64,000 nucleotides of DNA from an uncultured Anaerolineales bacterium (GTDB taxonomy: Bacteria; Chloroflexota; Anaerolineae; UBA7937; B3-Chlor). Positions 27,902 through 37,250 of this stretch are shown here, piece after piece. The stretch spans positions 2,229 to 66,228 of the forward strand of contig CAZOBP010000001.1 in assembly GCA_964577995.1 (NCBI GenBank), given 5' to 3'. The position numbers and the translations under genes are program-made. Numbering within the stretch: the first letter of the stretch is position 1; every line of letters starts with the position of its first letter. A model generated the notes under the pieces. The model worked only from the letters and a program-made list of their open reading frames with translations, was not told where the DNA came from and did not search any database.

Positions 27902-28677
27902 CTCTCTTGCTCCCCCGAATCGTGGACATCCAGAACACGATGCGGAAGCCCGTGCGCGATCAGATCGACGGGGCACTGATACGCAGCTTCGAGCATGTCC
28001 GGGGTTATCTCCTTGGACTCATGGTAGATCAGACGCCTGTTCAGGCACGCGATGGTCTTGACGTACGAGGATACGACGCCGATGTCGTGGGAGACGAGGA
28101 TGATCGTAGCCCGACGGTTCAGGTCCTCAAGCACCTCATAGATGCTGCCCACGACACGCGTCTCTACGCTGGCCGTGGGCTCATCCAGGAGAAGGATCTC
28201 CGGATCGCTCGCCAGCGCCCGGGCGACGTACACCCGTTGCCGTTCTCCTCCCGACAACTGCCCAATCTGCCGGTCCCTGTGGCCCAGCATGTCTACCTGC
28301 CGCAACGCTTCCTCCACCGTACCCCTGTCGGCCTCGGTATACGGCTTCAGCAACCCACGGCGGCTGAGGCACCCCATCATCGCCACATCCCAAACACTGA
28401 TGGGGAAGTCGTCGTCAAGCTCTACGCGCTGCGGCACATACCCCACGAACCTCCGAGCCTCGTTAGGAGTTCGCCCCAGAACTGTCACCCGACCATGAGC
28501 GGGCGACATCAGCCCCACGAGAGTCTTGAGCAGAGTAGTCTTGCCGCCTCCGTTAGGGCCGATAATGCCCAGGAAATCCCGCTCCCTGACGGTGAGATCG
28601 ATGTTCTCCAAGACAGGGTGCCCATCGTACTCCACCCACACATCGTCAAAGCGAATCACCTCGCGTGGTTCAGGCAA
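27898..28677 (-). CDS. znuC: Metal ABC transporter ATP-binding protein
   Basis: Walker A GPNGGGKTT, signature LSGGERQR, Walker B LLLDEP. TTG start is preceded by GAGGGGGTGAGGA. Confidence 0.8.
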   Translation of the reverse strand: MPEPREVIRFDDVWVEYDGHPVLENIDLTVRERDFLGIIGPNGGGKTTLLKTLVGLMSPAHGRVTVLGRTPNEARRFVGYVPQRVELDDDFPISVWDVAMMGCLSRRGLLKPYTEADRGTVEEALRQVDMLGHRDRQIGQLSGGERQRVYVARALASDPEILLLDEPTASVETRVVGSIYEVLEDLNRRATIILVSHDIGVVSSYVKTIACLNRRLIYHESKEITPDMLEAAYQCPVDLIAHGLPHRVLDVHDSGEQER

Positions 28678-28904
28678 TTCCTCACCCCCTCACAAGAGCA
28701 TCCACCAATCCGAAGGACTTGGACACGCATGGTAGCTGCTGCGGCGCGGCCAGACTGCATAGCCAGCGCACGAACAGGGGCAGGCACTGGCGACACGTGC
28801 AGTCGCGGTGCCATCCCCATCCAACCTGACCCCACCGGAGTGCCAGAACCCCAAATAGCCGTCCGCGCACAAGGATCGAGAAATACCCAGAGACCAGGCC
28901 TCGG

Positions 28905-29771
28905 CTATGGCTGCTGTTCCCCGAGAACCTCAGCGAAGGTATCGGCAACGCGCTCGAGGTTCTCCAGCCAGTCGGGTGCCAGCGGGCTGATCAGAAGCAC
29001 ACGGCCACCGATCTCTTCGGCGATGGTATCCGCGCTCCGGGTGCTGAACTCTGGCTGCGCGAACATGACCCTGATGTCGTGGCTTCGCGCTGTCTCCACC
29101 AACTCGGCCATCTCCGCCGCGCTGGGATCGCTGCCCTCTATCTGCACTGGGATCATCGTCAGGTCGTAGTCTCGCGCGAAATAGGACCAGGCGGGGTGGA
29201 AGACCATGAACTCGCGAACCTCGAGGCTGGACAGTGTCTCATCGATTCTGGCATCCAGTTTTTCCAGGTCAGCCAGGAAGACGTCCAGGTTCGCCCGATA
29301 GAAGCTCTCGCCGCCCGGATCCTCCTCCAGCAGCCCATGGTATATGTTATGCGCCTGTAGCTTGGCCAAACGAGGCGAAAGCCAGACATGGGGATCCGTC
29401 CCGTCAATGCGCTCGATGCCACTGGATTGATCAACGATCAACATGCCCTGGTTGGCGGTCTCGATTCGACTCATCCACGCCTCCTCGAAGGGCACCCTGA
29501 TGCGTACGTACAAGTCAGCGTTGGCTAGATTCTCTATCTGACTCGGCTTGGGCTCGTACGTCGCCGGGCTGGAACCGGACGGGACCATGACCTCCACGCC
29601 GACGCGCTCACCGCCTATACGCTCCACGAAGTACTTCTGGGGCACTATGCTGACCCACACGTGGACGACAGACTCAGGCGTGTCAGATACCCCAGCGGTT
29701 GGCGGTGCACAGGACATAAGCAAGGCCAACGTAGTCAGCCCGAGTACCGTGGCCTTGAGCGCCCCTCTCAC
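28905..29771 (-). CDS. znuA: Metal ABC transporter substrate-binding lipoprotein (TroA/ZnuA family)
   Basis: Lipobox LLMSC. TroA-like HVWLSP and FHPAWSYFARDY motifs. GTG at 29771 overlaps the zur stop (GTGA). The longer track ORF (to 30047) overlaps zur and is not credible. Confidence 0.75.
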   Translation of the reverse strand: MRGALKATVLGLTTLALLMSCAPPTAGVSDTPESVVHVWVSIVPQKYFVERIGGERVGVEVMVPSGSSPATYEPKPSQIENLANADLYVRIRVPFEEAWMSRIETANQGMLIVDQSSGIERIDGTDPHVWLSPRLAKLQAHNIYHGLLEEDPGGESFYRANLDVFLADLEKLDARIDETLSSLEVREFMVFHPAWSYFARDYDLTMIPVQIEGSDPSAAEMAELVETARSHDIRVMFAQPEFSTRSADTIAEEIGGRVLLISPLAPDWLENLERVADTFAEVLGEQQP

Positions 29772-30277
29772 TTCTGCCCCCCCCCTGTACAGGACTCCGT
29801 CGTCGCCGAAGTGTGCCGGCCCCCGACATGCGCCCCGCTGCTCGCCGCATCTGCATCCCGCGGTGTCAAGTCGGGTTCCTGGCACGCCGGGCACAGACCC
29901 ACCAGCTCCAGCAAATGCGACTCGACGGAGAAACCCGTGCGCTGCGCTGCCTCCTCCACGAGATCCGTCAAGCCTGTGCAAGGGAAACCCACCACCCGAT
30001 GGCAAGCCTGACACACCAGATGGTGCCCTTCCTTCTCTTGCAGACAAGCATAGGCGTGACAGCCTTCCTCCAGATGGATGCGCCGAACATGTCCCGATTC
30101 CCTCAGGAGCTCGAGTGTCCGGTACACCGTGGTCAGGCCCAATCTTGGGTAGTCACCGCGGCCCCGGGCCAGCACCTCCGCGGGAGTCAGATGCTCGTCG
30201 GCCTCTAGCAAAACCCTGATGATCGCAAGACGCTGTGACGTGAGCCTGAAGCCTCTTGCTCGCAGCGTCTTGCCCAT
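29768..30277 (-). CDS. zur: Fur-family metalloregulator, likely Zur
   Basis: RLTSQRLAIIRVLLE...TPAEV, TVYRTLELL, HHLVCQAC...CPAC. Start set at ATG 30277 because the upstream in-frame codons contain the operator palindrome. Confidence 0.7.
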   Translation of the reverse strand: MGKTLRARGFRLTSQRLAIIRVLLEADEHLTPAEVLARGRGDYPRLGLTTVYRTLELLRESGHVRRIHLEEGCHAYACLQEKEGHHLVCQACHRVVGFPCTGLTDLVEEAAQRTGFSVESHLLELVGLCPACQEPDLTPRDADAASSGAHVGGRHTSATTESCTGGGQK

Positions 30278-30311
30278 TGCCGTGTCTCTCACCGACCGCA
30301 CCCGGGTCCAA

Positions 30312-30328
30312 TTGAAAACGTTTTTCAA
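30312..30328. promoter_or_regulatory. Zur-box-like operator, 7-3-7 inverted repeat TTGAAAA-CGT-TTTTCAA
   Basis: Perfect 7-bp arms. Resembles the TGAAAATGATTTTCA-type Zur box. Lies 8 nt downstream of the -10 element of the zur-znu promoter. Confidence 0.65.
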
Positions 30329-30336
30329 CTACCCTC

Positions 30337-30365
30337 ATCATACACCTAACCCGTCGCCCTGTCAA
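30337..30365 (-). promoter_or_regulatory. Promoter TTGACA-17-TATGAT of the zur-znuACB operon
   Basis: On the minus strand, TTGACA is at 30365-30360 and TATGAT at 30342-30337, with a 17-nt spacer. Confidence 0.55.
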
Positions 30366-30438
30366 GCGGCAACACAAGAGGGGCGCCGAGCCACACCGCT
30401 CGACACCCCTCCCTACAATCTGAGGGCTGCTCAGCTAC

Positions 30439-32394
30439 CTATTCGGTCAAGTGCACGGAGTACTCATAGCTCGCCATCTCGGTCGTCGAGGGAGCCAGAG
30501 CGGAGATCACTAGTACGATCCTATCCACGGTGGTCCCGAAGTCCTCGATCACGAGTCGCCCCTCCTGAGTCTCCGCCAACAGCATCTCCAGGACCTCTAT
30601 CTCAGGCCCGAAGGTTATGGCTTGCACAATCCACTCCTGAGGAACTATGTTGCTGGACAGCAAGAAGCCCTCGGCATCCCATCCATCTGGTGACTCAGCG
30701 TCGTAGGCGTACCCAAGCTGTGGAATGGCGATGTCATCTACGCAGAAGCCTGCGTCGTTGTATGAGTCATCGGTGACGTAGTCGAAGCGAATCAGCACCG
30801 GTTGGCCGACGTACGGCGTGAGGTCCATCTCTTCCCTGACCCAGACGGCATCCGCGCCGCCACCGCTCGTTCCCGTGTATCCGCGACCGAAGCTATTGCC
30901 ATACTGGTTGCTGTCGGTCGTGTGCTCACCCTCTAGGATATGCCACGTCTGGCCGCCATCAGCGGACAGCGACACATACGCGTAATCGTAGTCATCCTCG
31001 ATATCGTACCAGGTCCAGAACTCCAGAGTGGCCGTCTCTAGGCCGGTGAGGTCGAACTCTCTGCTCAACCACATGTTGCTGACGTCTCCCCTGTTGGACC
31101 ACCATTCGTACCGCCCGCTATGGGGTTCGTTGTCCACTAGCTTCACCTGAGTCGAACCGGTGAACTCCACGACCAGGTCTCCGCGTCCAGACCCCAGCTC
31201 TATGTAGTCAGCAGCGTACTGGTGAACAGTGCTTGAGCGCGCATCGGGATACCTGCGATGCTCATGATCGATGGCCGCCCCATACGTCAGGTGAAAAGCC
31301 TGATAGCCGTATCGACCATCGCCCAGTGTAGTGTCATTGAGGAAGTTGGCTACCAGCCAGTCTTTGAAGACGTCGTCGGAAGTGATATCGAATCCGTTCC
31401 TCAGCAGCACCTCGTCGAACCCTGCCATACCGTCCGCCTCTGTCGCGGTCAGTTCTCTCGTCAGTTCTGCACCAAACCGCTGGACGAAGTAGTACACAAA
31501 CAGATGCGAGGCTTCATAGTGTACGCCTGCCTGCTCCATCTGATCAGCCCAAGCGGTGAGCTGTGTGTCTGGTTCTGTTGGAAACCGAGTGATCCAGGCA
31601 TCATACCCGTTCAGAGTCTCAGCGGTCTGCGCACACCCCTCGTTCACCCAGGTATCCTCGTTGGGATCGACATTCCAGTGTATCATATGCTGGAATTCGT
31701 GTGCCGCGTAGCTGCCGAAGAGATCGGTTCCGGGGGTGGCGGCCCCGGCGTTGATGTAGAACATCTCTTTTTCGTTGCTAAACGGGTTGACGCTCTTGGG
31801 GTACTCATCATAGCTGGAGTAGTAGCCCCCAACGCTTGGCAGGTCGGCGTTCAGCACGTGGATGTGGACATCGTTATCCACACCGGGGCTCCATTCAGAC
31901 CCGAAATAGTGGCGATCTGTGGGATAGATGTGTTCCTCAAACTGGTGGGCAGCCACCTCTATGCCCGCCTGAGGCAGCGACAGGCCGTCTTGTACCCACA
32001 TGTACACGTGGGGCGTGGCGTAGCGCAGAGTAGCTTCTATCGTGATGTAGGAATCCGACAGATCCTCATCATTCACCCAGAAAGTCTCACGCTGCCCAAT
32101 CGAGTAGCTGGGAGGCGTTTCGTTGAGTACCCTCGGAACGGGGCCCGTCCCGCCAAGTCGCTCAACTAGGGCGTACAGATCCCTTTCAGGGATTGTCGTC
32201 TCGCGCAAGGACTCAGCGGTGGACAGCGTCGCCTCGCCCACCGGCACCCGCGACACCGTGGCGGTGATCTCCGGCTCCTCCAGCGAGGACATGATGTCCC
32301 TCACCACCACGATCGAGGCCACGAAGACGTCAAAGGCCAGACAGAGGCAGATGCAGATGCAAAGTGTCACCAGGACGAGGGCATACTTACGCAA
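30439..32394 (-). CDS. Secreted/anchored zinc metallopeptidase (HEFQH motif; M6/M30-like) with C-terminal MAM-like beta-sandwich
   Basis: N-terminal TM. AAHEFQHMIHW...NEGCAQ (HExxH plus a downstream Glu). C-terminal GGQTWH...LIRFDYVTDDSYNDAGFCVDDIAI. Confidence 0.7.
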   Translation of the reverse strand: MRKYALVLVTLCICICLCLAFDVFVASIVVVRDIMSSLEEPEITATVSRVPVGEATLSTAESLRETTIPERDLYALVERLGGTGPVPRVLNETPPSYSIGQRETFWVNDEDLSDSYITIEATLRYATPHVYMWVQDGLSLPQAGIEVAAHQFEEHIYPTDRHYFGSEWSPGVDNDVHIHVLNADLPSVGGYYSSYDEYPKSVNPFSNEKEMFYINAGAATPGTDLFGSYAAHEFQHMIHWNVDPNEDTWVNEGCAQTAETLNGYDAWITRFPTEPDTQLTAWADQMEQAGVHYEASHLFVYYFVQRFGAELTRELTATEADGMAGFDEVLLRNGFDITSDDVFKDWLVANFLNDTTLGDGRYGYQAFHLTYGAAIDHEHRRYPDARSSTVHQYAADYIELGSGRGDLVVEFTGSTQVKLVDNEPHSGRYEWWSNRGDVSNMWLSREFDLTGLETATLEFWTWYDIEDDYDYAYVSLSADGGQTWHILEGEHTTDSNQYGNSFGRGYTGTSGGGADAVWVREEMDLTPYVGQPVLIRFDYVTDDSYNDAGFCVDDIAIPQLGYAYDAESPDGWDAEGFLLSSNIVPQEWIVQAITFGPEIEVLEMLLAETQEGRLVIEDFGTTVDRIVLVISALAPSTTEMASYEYSVHLTE

Positions 32395-32415
32395 GGCTGT
32401 CTCCCTACTGCGGCC

Positions 32416-33144
32416 CTAGCCTTGCCGCACGATCACGGGGACTTCACACGGGAGGATCCAGTTACCGTCCATTTTTACGACCGTGAGCCTCAGTGTCAGT
32501 GGTCCTGACAACTCACCGGTGTTCCAGAGGACGAGAAGCCCATTCTCCACCGGGTAGTACTTCACGTCGCCTATGGGATGAAGCTCTTCCGTTGCGTCGC
32601 CGAAGAAGAACTCCACCTTGTAGAACTGGAAATCAGCAGTATTGGCCGTTCCCCGGATCTCGACGACTCCCCCAACTGTTTGATTTGCGCCTGGGTACGT
32701 GATCCTGGCCAGTGGATCAGGGCAAGATGCTGATGCCACGTTGGGGGTAGGGCTCTGCTCCGGAGTGGGCGTCCAAGGCGGCGTAGGACGCACGAGAGAC
32801 CCTCTTGTTGGGGTAGCCGTAGGAGTAGACGGTAATGGGGTGGCAGTATGCGTTGGGAGAACGAGCGGCCCTGTAGGGGTACCGCTCCCCACGGCGACAC
32901 CCAGAGTGGGGGCCAGGTAGAGATCCACGAAGGCCACCAGCCCGGCGATGACCAACAGACCAAGGATGGTGAAAATGGCGCGGTAGGCCCTGCCGGTGGC
33001 GACTTCCTTCTCGATCGTGAAAAGCGAGGCCCCGCGCTCCTTTTTGGCTAGGCAGATGACCCTGAGATAGACAAGGGCCGTCAAGCCGCAAGCGACGTAT
33101 ATCCAGATGGCGAAGTTGGCGATTAGCTCGACTAATACGGTCAT
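32416..33144 (-). CDS. Membrane-anchored protein with Pro/Thr linker and Ig-like C-terminal domain
   Basis: Two N-terminal TM helices and a TPTxTP linker. C-terminal ITYPGANQTVGGVVEIRGTANTADFQFYKVEF. Confidence 0.6.
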   Translation of the reverse strand: MTVLVELIANFAIWIYVACGLTALVYLRVICLAKKERGASLFTIEKEVATGRAYRAIFTILGLLVIAGLVAFVDLYLAPTLGVAVGSGTPTGPLVLPTHTATPLPSTPTATPTRGSLVRPTPPWTPTPEQSPTPNVASASCPDPLARITYPGANQTVGGVVEIRGTANTADFQFYKVEFFFGDATEELHPIGDVKYYPVENGLLVLWNTGELSGPLTLRLTVVKMDGNWILPCEVPVIVRQG

Positions 33145-33168
33145 GGATTTATCTTGGCAGACCCGCCT

Positions 33169-33197
33169 ATTCTACCATGCCTCTCTACGACTGTCAA
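33169..33197 (-). promoter_or_regulatory. Promoter TTGACA-17-TAGAAT for 32416..33144
   Basis: On the minus strand, TTGACA is at 33197-33192 and TAGAAT at 33174-33169. The -35 element abuts the punA terminator T-tract. Confidence 0.45.
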
Positions 33198-33229
33198 AAA
33201 GGGAACGAAGAGACTCGTCTCCGTTCCCT
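33195..33229 (-). terminator. Rho-independent terminator after punA
   Basis: Minus strand AGGGAACGGAGAC-GA-GTCTCTTCGTTCCCT forms about a 13-bp stem with a 2-nt bulge. It is followed by TTTTT. Confidence 0.65.
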
Positions 33230-33256
33230 GCTCATCCGAGGCCAGCGAGCGTCACT

Positions 33257-34144
33257 CTATGCCTCGGGAAGCCGCGCCACGATCTCCTTGATCAGTACAC
33301 TGAGCCCGGGAATCACTCGATGTCCGGCGTCCAACACCTCCGCATGAAGGCCTTCGTTGTCGGCCGCATTTTCCGCTGGCGGCCCACCATGGTCCGGTAT
33401 GACGTTGCTGATGTGCGAGAGTCCCAAGACTCGCACCCCCTCGTGCCGGGCCACGATCACCTCAGGTACGGTGGACATGCCAACTGCATCAGCCCCGATG
33501 AGACGCAGGAACCTGACGTCCGCCGGGGTCTCGAAAGTGGGGCCGGCAGCCATAACGTAGGTCCCTTGCTGCAACTGCATCCCCACGTCGTCCGCCACCG
33601 CTAGAGCCAAGTTCCGTAGCTCGACATCATAGGCGGAAGACATGTCAACGAACCGAGGCCCCAGCCGCTCATCGTTGGGACCACTCAGAGGGTTGAACCC
33701 CGCCATACCCACCAAGTTGATGTGATCGGTGATGAGCATCAAGTCGCCGGCCTGGAAGCTCTGCCGCAGCCCCCCTGCGGCGTTGGTCACGATCAACGTA
33801 CCTGCACCCAGCCTGTGAAGAACGCGAACAGGGAAAGTGATGTGCTGCATGGGGTAGCCCTCATAGAAGTGCACCCTGCCCTGCATCAGAGCGACTTGCT
33901 TGCCTCCCAGCTCGCCCAGAACCAGCTGACCCGCATGACCCAGGACGCTAGTTGGCGCTAGGTGTGGGATCTCTCGGTATGGCAGCGACGTCGCACCCTC
34001 TATGTTCTCCGCCAGCGCACCGAGTCCCGAACCCGTGATCAGCATCACGGATGGCGCACGCGCCACCTTGCTTCGAACGTACGAAGCGGTCTCCTCTATG
34101 TCATCCCACCCGAGCGCCTCTTCTGGCACAGTCCGTATCCCCAA
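33257..34144 (-). CDS. punA: Purine nucleoside phosphorylase (PNP/MTAP family 2)
   Basis: LITGSGLG, GHAGQLVLG, MQGRVHFYEGY, LIVTNAAGGL, GPTFETPAD, VGMSTVPEV. Confidence 0.8.
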   Translation of the reverse strand: MGIRTVPEEALGWDDIEETASYVRSKVARAPSVMLITGSGLGALAENIEGATSLPYREIPHLAPTSVLGHAGQLVLGELGGKQVALMQGRVHFYEGYPMQHITFPVRVLHRLGAGTLIVTNAAGGLRQSFQAGDLMLITDHINLVGMAGFNPLSGPNDERLGPRFVDMSSAYDVELRNLALAVADDVGMQLQQGTYVMAAGPTFETPADVRFLRLIGADAVGMSTVPEVIVARHEGVRVLGLSHISNVIPDHGGPPAENAADNEGLHAEVLDAGHRVIPGLSVLIKEIVARLPEA

Positions 34145-34149
34145 GTCGG

Positions 34150-34836
34150 TCAGAGCTTCTCCAGCAACGCCTTCTTCTTCTCCTCGAACTCCTCGTCTGT
34201 GATCGTACCCCTCTTACGCAGTTCGTCCAACTCCGCGATGAGCTCCGGGATATCCCCTGCGGACGGAGCCTCTTCGGCCAGAACGCGCCTCGCTCTGCCC
34301 TCGAATACGTCGAGATCGCCGAGAGCTTCCTTCTGGTCCAGCATCTCAGTCTTGAACCTCACTGGATGAGCAATGCGCCGGAACAGATTGACTCCGAACT
34401 CGCTGGCCGTGAGGATCTGTACATCCCCGAAGTTCAGAATCCTCCCCAACGCCGATTGCTCCAGCACCACGTCGTTCACTTTCTCCAGCGAGGAGTCGAT
34501 GGAATGCTTGTTGATGATCCCCTCGAGCTGGATCACTCTTCTGTTGGTGATCACGTACTGCTCGTTCCACCAGTTGAGCAGGTCTACTATGATCCTCCAG
34601 AAAGGAAGCACCAGCGCCAGAAGCAGGACCAGGGCCAGTCCGTCCAAGGGAGTCGCTACGCTCAGGGCCCCAGTAATCAGCAAGATCAGCAAGGCAACCA
34701 CTGACCACAACACCAGCTTGGGGGCGATCACCAGCCAGTGCTGCCTCTCCTTGAGCGCGATCTTCTCTTTCCCGCCCATCAGACCTTCTAGATACCCCAT
34801 TGAATCAGAACTCCTTCCAATCATAGTGCCAGGCAT
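34150..34836 (-). CDS. Membrane protein with bacterial PH (YdbS/YdbT-like) domain and C-terminal SHOCT domain
   Basis: Two TM helices. YVITNRRVIQLEG...FGDVQILT (bPH_2). LDELRKRGTITDEEFEEKKKALLEKL (SHOCT). Confidence 0.7.
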   Translation of the reverse strand: MPGTMIGRSSDSMGYLEGLMGGKEKIALKERQHWLVIAPKLVLWSVVALLILLITGALSVATPLDGLALVLLLALVLPFWRIIVDLLNWWNEQYVITNRRVIQLEGIINKHSIDSSLEKVNDVVLEQSALGRILNFGDVQILTASEFGVNLFRRIAHPVRFKTEMLDQKEALGDLDVFEGRARRVLAEEAPSAGDIPELIAELDELRKRGTITDEEFEEKKKALLEKL

Positions 34837-34862
34837 TGCGGAGGGCAGCGTCTCGAGGTCCG

Positions 34863-35768
34863 CTACTTCGCGCGGGGATGGGACTCGTCGTAGACCTTCC
34901 TCAGTCGCTCGCTGCTGACGTGAGTATACACCTGTGTTGTGGAGATACTGGTGTGCCCGAGCAGCTTCTGCACGTTGATGAGATCAGCATTTCGATCCAG
35001 CATATGGGTCGCGAAAGAATGTCGCAGAGTGTGCGGCGTTATGTCAGGGGATAGACCAGCCTTCTCGACGTATTCCTTGAAGACAAGCCAGAGTCCCTGC
35101 CGGGTCAGCGGCCTCCCGCGCATGTTCAGGAACAGCGTCTTCTCATCGGCGTCCTTGACAAGATGGGTCCTGCCCTTCTCCACATAGTCGCGTATCGACG
35201 CCACAGCCTGCTGATGCATGGGAATGACTCTTTCTTTGGATCCCTTGCCCCAACAACGCACAGACGCCGACGCCAGGTTGACATCGTCTACCCTGAGGGA
35301 TACCACCTCGCTCACTCGCATTCCCGTCGCGTAGAGTATTTCCAGGATTGCTCGATCTCGCAAGCCCTTTGGGGTGGACAGCTTCGCAGGCTCGGCCAGC
35401 AGTTTGTCAACGTCCTGTACCGTCATTGGTTTCGGCAAATGCTTCTTGACTCTCAGCGAGTCGAGGGTCGCTGTTGGATCGTCTCTGATCAGACCTTCGG
35501 CGACGAGGAAGTGGAAGAAGGACCTGATCGCGGCCACTTTGCGGGCCGACGTAGCGGCCGCGTACTCCCTGTCGCCTTTCAGATACATGATGTAGGAGAT
35601 GATGTCGTTCTTGGTGACGCGACCCCAGAGCGCATCTTCGTCACCGCTCAGTCGTCGCCCCAGGTACTCCTTGAACTGGGTCAGGTCGACGCGATAGGCG
35701 GATATGGTGTTCTCGGAGCAACCTTTCTCACCCGACAGATGTGTCAAGAACTCCTCTATCCTACCCAC
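34863..35768 (-). CDS. xerD: Tyrosine site-specific recombinase XerD-like
   Basis: N-terminal SENTISAYRVDL. C-terminal catalytic RHSFATHML...LLGHTSISTTQVYTHV. No flanking mobile-element genes. Confidence 0.75.
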   Translation of the reverse strand: MGRIEEFLTHLSGEKGCSENTISAYRVDLTQFKEYLGRRLSGDEDALWGRVTKNDIISYIMYLKGDREYAAATSARKVAAIRSFFHFLVAEGLIRDDPTATLDSLRVKKHLPKPMTVQDVDKLLAEPAKLSTPKGLRDRAILEILYATGMRVSEVVSLRVDDVNLASASVRCWGKGSKERVIPMHQQAVASIRDYVEKGRTHLVKDADEKTLFLNMRGRPLTRQGLWLVFKEYVEKAGLSPDITPHTLRHSFATHMLDRNADLINVQKLLGHTSISTTQVYTHVSSERLRKVYDESHPRAK

Positions 35769-35816
35769 TACGCTCCCCCTGGCGGTCTCAAGTCGGCAGG
35801 CGGCCAGTCCGAGGTC

Positions 35817-35845
35817 ATTGTATCACAGCTTTCCATAAAGTCCAA
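35817..35845 (-). promoter_or_regulatory. Promoter TTGGAC-17-TACAAT (TGa extended -10) for xerD
   Basis: On the minus strand, TTGGAC is at 35845-35840 and TACAAT at 35822-35817. Confidence 0.45.
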
Positions 35846-35967
35846 GTGAGTCGAGCCAGGATCCAACGAGGTGCACTGTCAGGCCCTCAGTGACATGCGG
35901 AGTAACCACCCCGACGCTCACGCCACGCGCCGAAAGCGACAATCGGTCCACTGACGGCCATCCAAGT

Positions 35968-37020
35968 CTACAGTAACAACATAGCATCGCCGAAGCTATA
36001 GAACCGATACTCCGCTTTGATGGCCTCTCGATATGCGCGATCCAGCAATCCCTTGCCCGCAAAGGCCGCTACCAGCAGCAGAAGGGTAGATCGGGGCAGG
36101 TGGAAGTTGGTGATCAGACAATCGACCACTTGAAAGCGATAGCCAGGATAGACAAACAGATCCGTCCATCCCTCGTATGGCGCCAGAACATCCGTGCCGG
36201 TGCCAGGGTCATGACGGGCCGCCGTCTCCAGCGCACGCACCGCTGTGGTACCCGCTGCCACCACTCGGCGTCCGCCGGCGCTTGCCTCGTTGACCGCCTG
36301 GGCGGTCTCTCTGGACACGACGCAGTACTCGCTATGCATCAAGTGATGCTCAGCCTCCTCCTCCCGGATGGGCAGGAAAGTGTCAACCCCTATGTGCAGA
36401 GTCAGAAAAGCGAACTCTATGCCTCCGTCTTCCAGTGTGGCCATCTGGCGAGGCGTGAAGTGCAGTCCAGCAGTCGGGGCAGCCGCCGAGCCATTCTTGT
36501 CGGCGTAGACTGTCTGATACCGCTGAGGGTCTTCAAGCCTCTTGTGGATGTAGGGCGGCAAGGGCACCGCTCCCAGTGTCTCCAGGAATGGTTCCACAGG
36601 TGCCTGGAACCTCACAAGTCTTCCACCCGACGCGGTGCGCTCCCCGACCTCCGCCCGGAGGCTCGAATCTGGCTCCCTGCCGTCGGTCCCGCTGAGCTCG
36701 ACCAGCCCACCCAAGGGCACGCGTCGCCCCCTGATCAAGGCCTCCCACAAGGTCTCCTCTCTTTTCACTGTGAGCAACAACTCCACCTTGCCCCCCGTGG
36801 GCACCTTGTGGCCAAACAAGCGAGCCGGAATCACGCGCGTGTCGTTGCACACCAGGAGATCTCCGCTGCGGAGGAAGTCACCCAACTGGTGAAACTTTGC
36901 ATGGGTAATGCTCCCATCGTCGCGCCGTAGCACCATCAGACGGGATGAATCGCGAGGCTCTATGGGATCCTGCGCGATGAGATGCGGAGGCAGTTCATAG
37001 TCGAAGTCAGCAGTCTTCAC
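35968..37020 (-). CDS. queA: S-adenosylmethionine:tRNA ribosyltransferase-isomerase
   Basis: KTADFDYELPPHLIAQDPIEPRDSSRLMVL, PLPPYI, AAPTAGLHFT, TTAVRALE. GTG at 37020 overlaps the upstream stop (GTGA). Confidence 0.9.
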   Translation of the reverse strand: MKTADFDYELPPHLIAQDPIEPRDSSRLMVLRRDDGSITHAKFHQLGDFLRSGDLLVCNDTRVIPARLFGHKVPTGGKVELLLTVKREETLWEALIRGRRVPLGGLVELSGTDGREPDSSLRAEVGERTASGGRLVRFQAPVEPFLETLGAVPLPPYIHKRLEDPQRYQTVYADKNGSAAAPTAGLHFTPRQMATLEDGGIEFAFLTLHIGVDTFLPIREEEAEHHLMHSEYCVVSRETAQAVNEASAGGRRVVAAGTTAVRALETAARHDPGTGTDVLAPYEGWTDLFVYPGYRFQVVDCLITNFHLPRSTLLLLVAAFAGKGLLDRAYREAIKAEYRFYSFGDAMLLL

Positions 37021-37250
37021 TTTCGCAGCAGCCACACGATCAGATTCAGAATAACCGTTGCAAGTATGCTGAGGACGATACCAGTCATGAGCGGGAAATA
37101 GCAGGTGGTGTTGCCCCACTTGAGATCGAAGTCACCAGGCAATCGACCGATCAGTGGAACCCTGCTCAGTAAGAGGAGCAGCAAACCAAGGCCGGCCAGC
37201 AGCCCGCCAAGCAGCAGCATCAGTCTGCCCAGCGTGTCCAAGGGATTCAT
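37017..37250 (-). CDS. DUF2905-family small membrane protein
   Basis: MNPLDTLGRLMLLLGG...IGRLPGDFDLKWGNTTCYFPLMT.... ATG at 37250 overlaps the upstream stop (ATGA). Confidence 0.7.
   Translation of the reverse strand: MNPLDTLGRLMLLLGGLLAGLGLLLLLLSRVPLIGRLPGDFDLKWGNTTCYFPLMTGIVLSILATVILNLIVWLLRK

Noticed and set aside
28690-28872. Cys/His-containing 60-aa ORF in the znuA-znuC spacer as a metal-binding peptide.
   Set aside because: It has no ribosome-binding site and its composition is typical of a GC-rich random frame. It is kept only as a remark inside the spacer finding.
27907-29169. Long antisense ORFs: 27907..29169 (420 aa), 42052..43215 (387 aa), 53753..54802 (349 aa), 31258..32169 (303 aa), 36100..36930, 58932..59693 and many shorter ones.
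   Set aside because: These are typical GC-rich shadow frames opposite well-supported genes. Their translations are Arg/Pro/Gly/His-rich with no motifs.
34863-35768. Tyrosine recombinase as a marker of an integrated mobile element, with tRNA-Val at 10876 as a possible att site.
   Set aside because: The sequence is XerD-like with a housekeeping context. There are no phage or plasmid genes, no direct repeats of the tRNA 3' end, and the two features are 24 kb apart.
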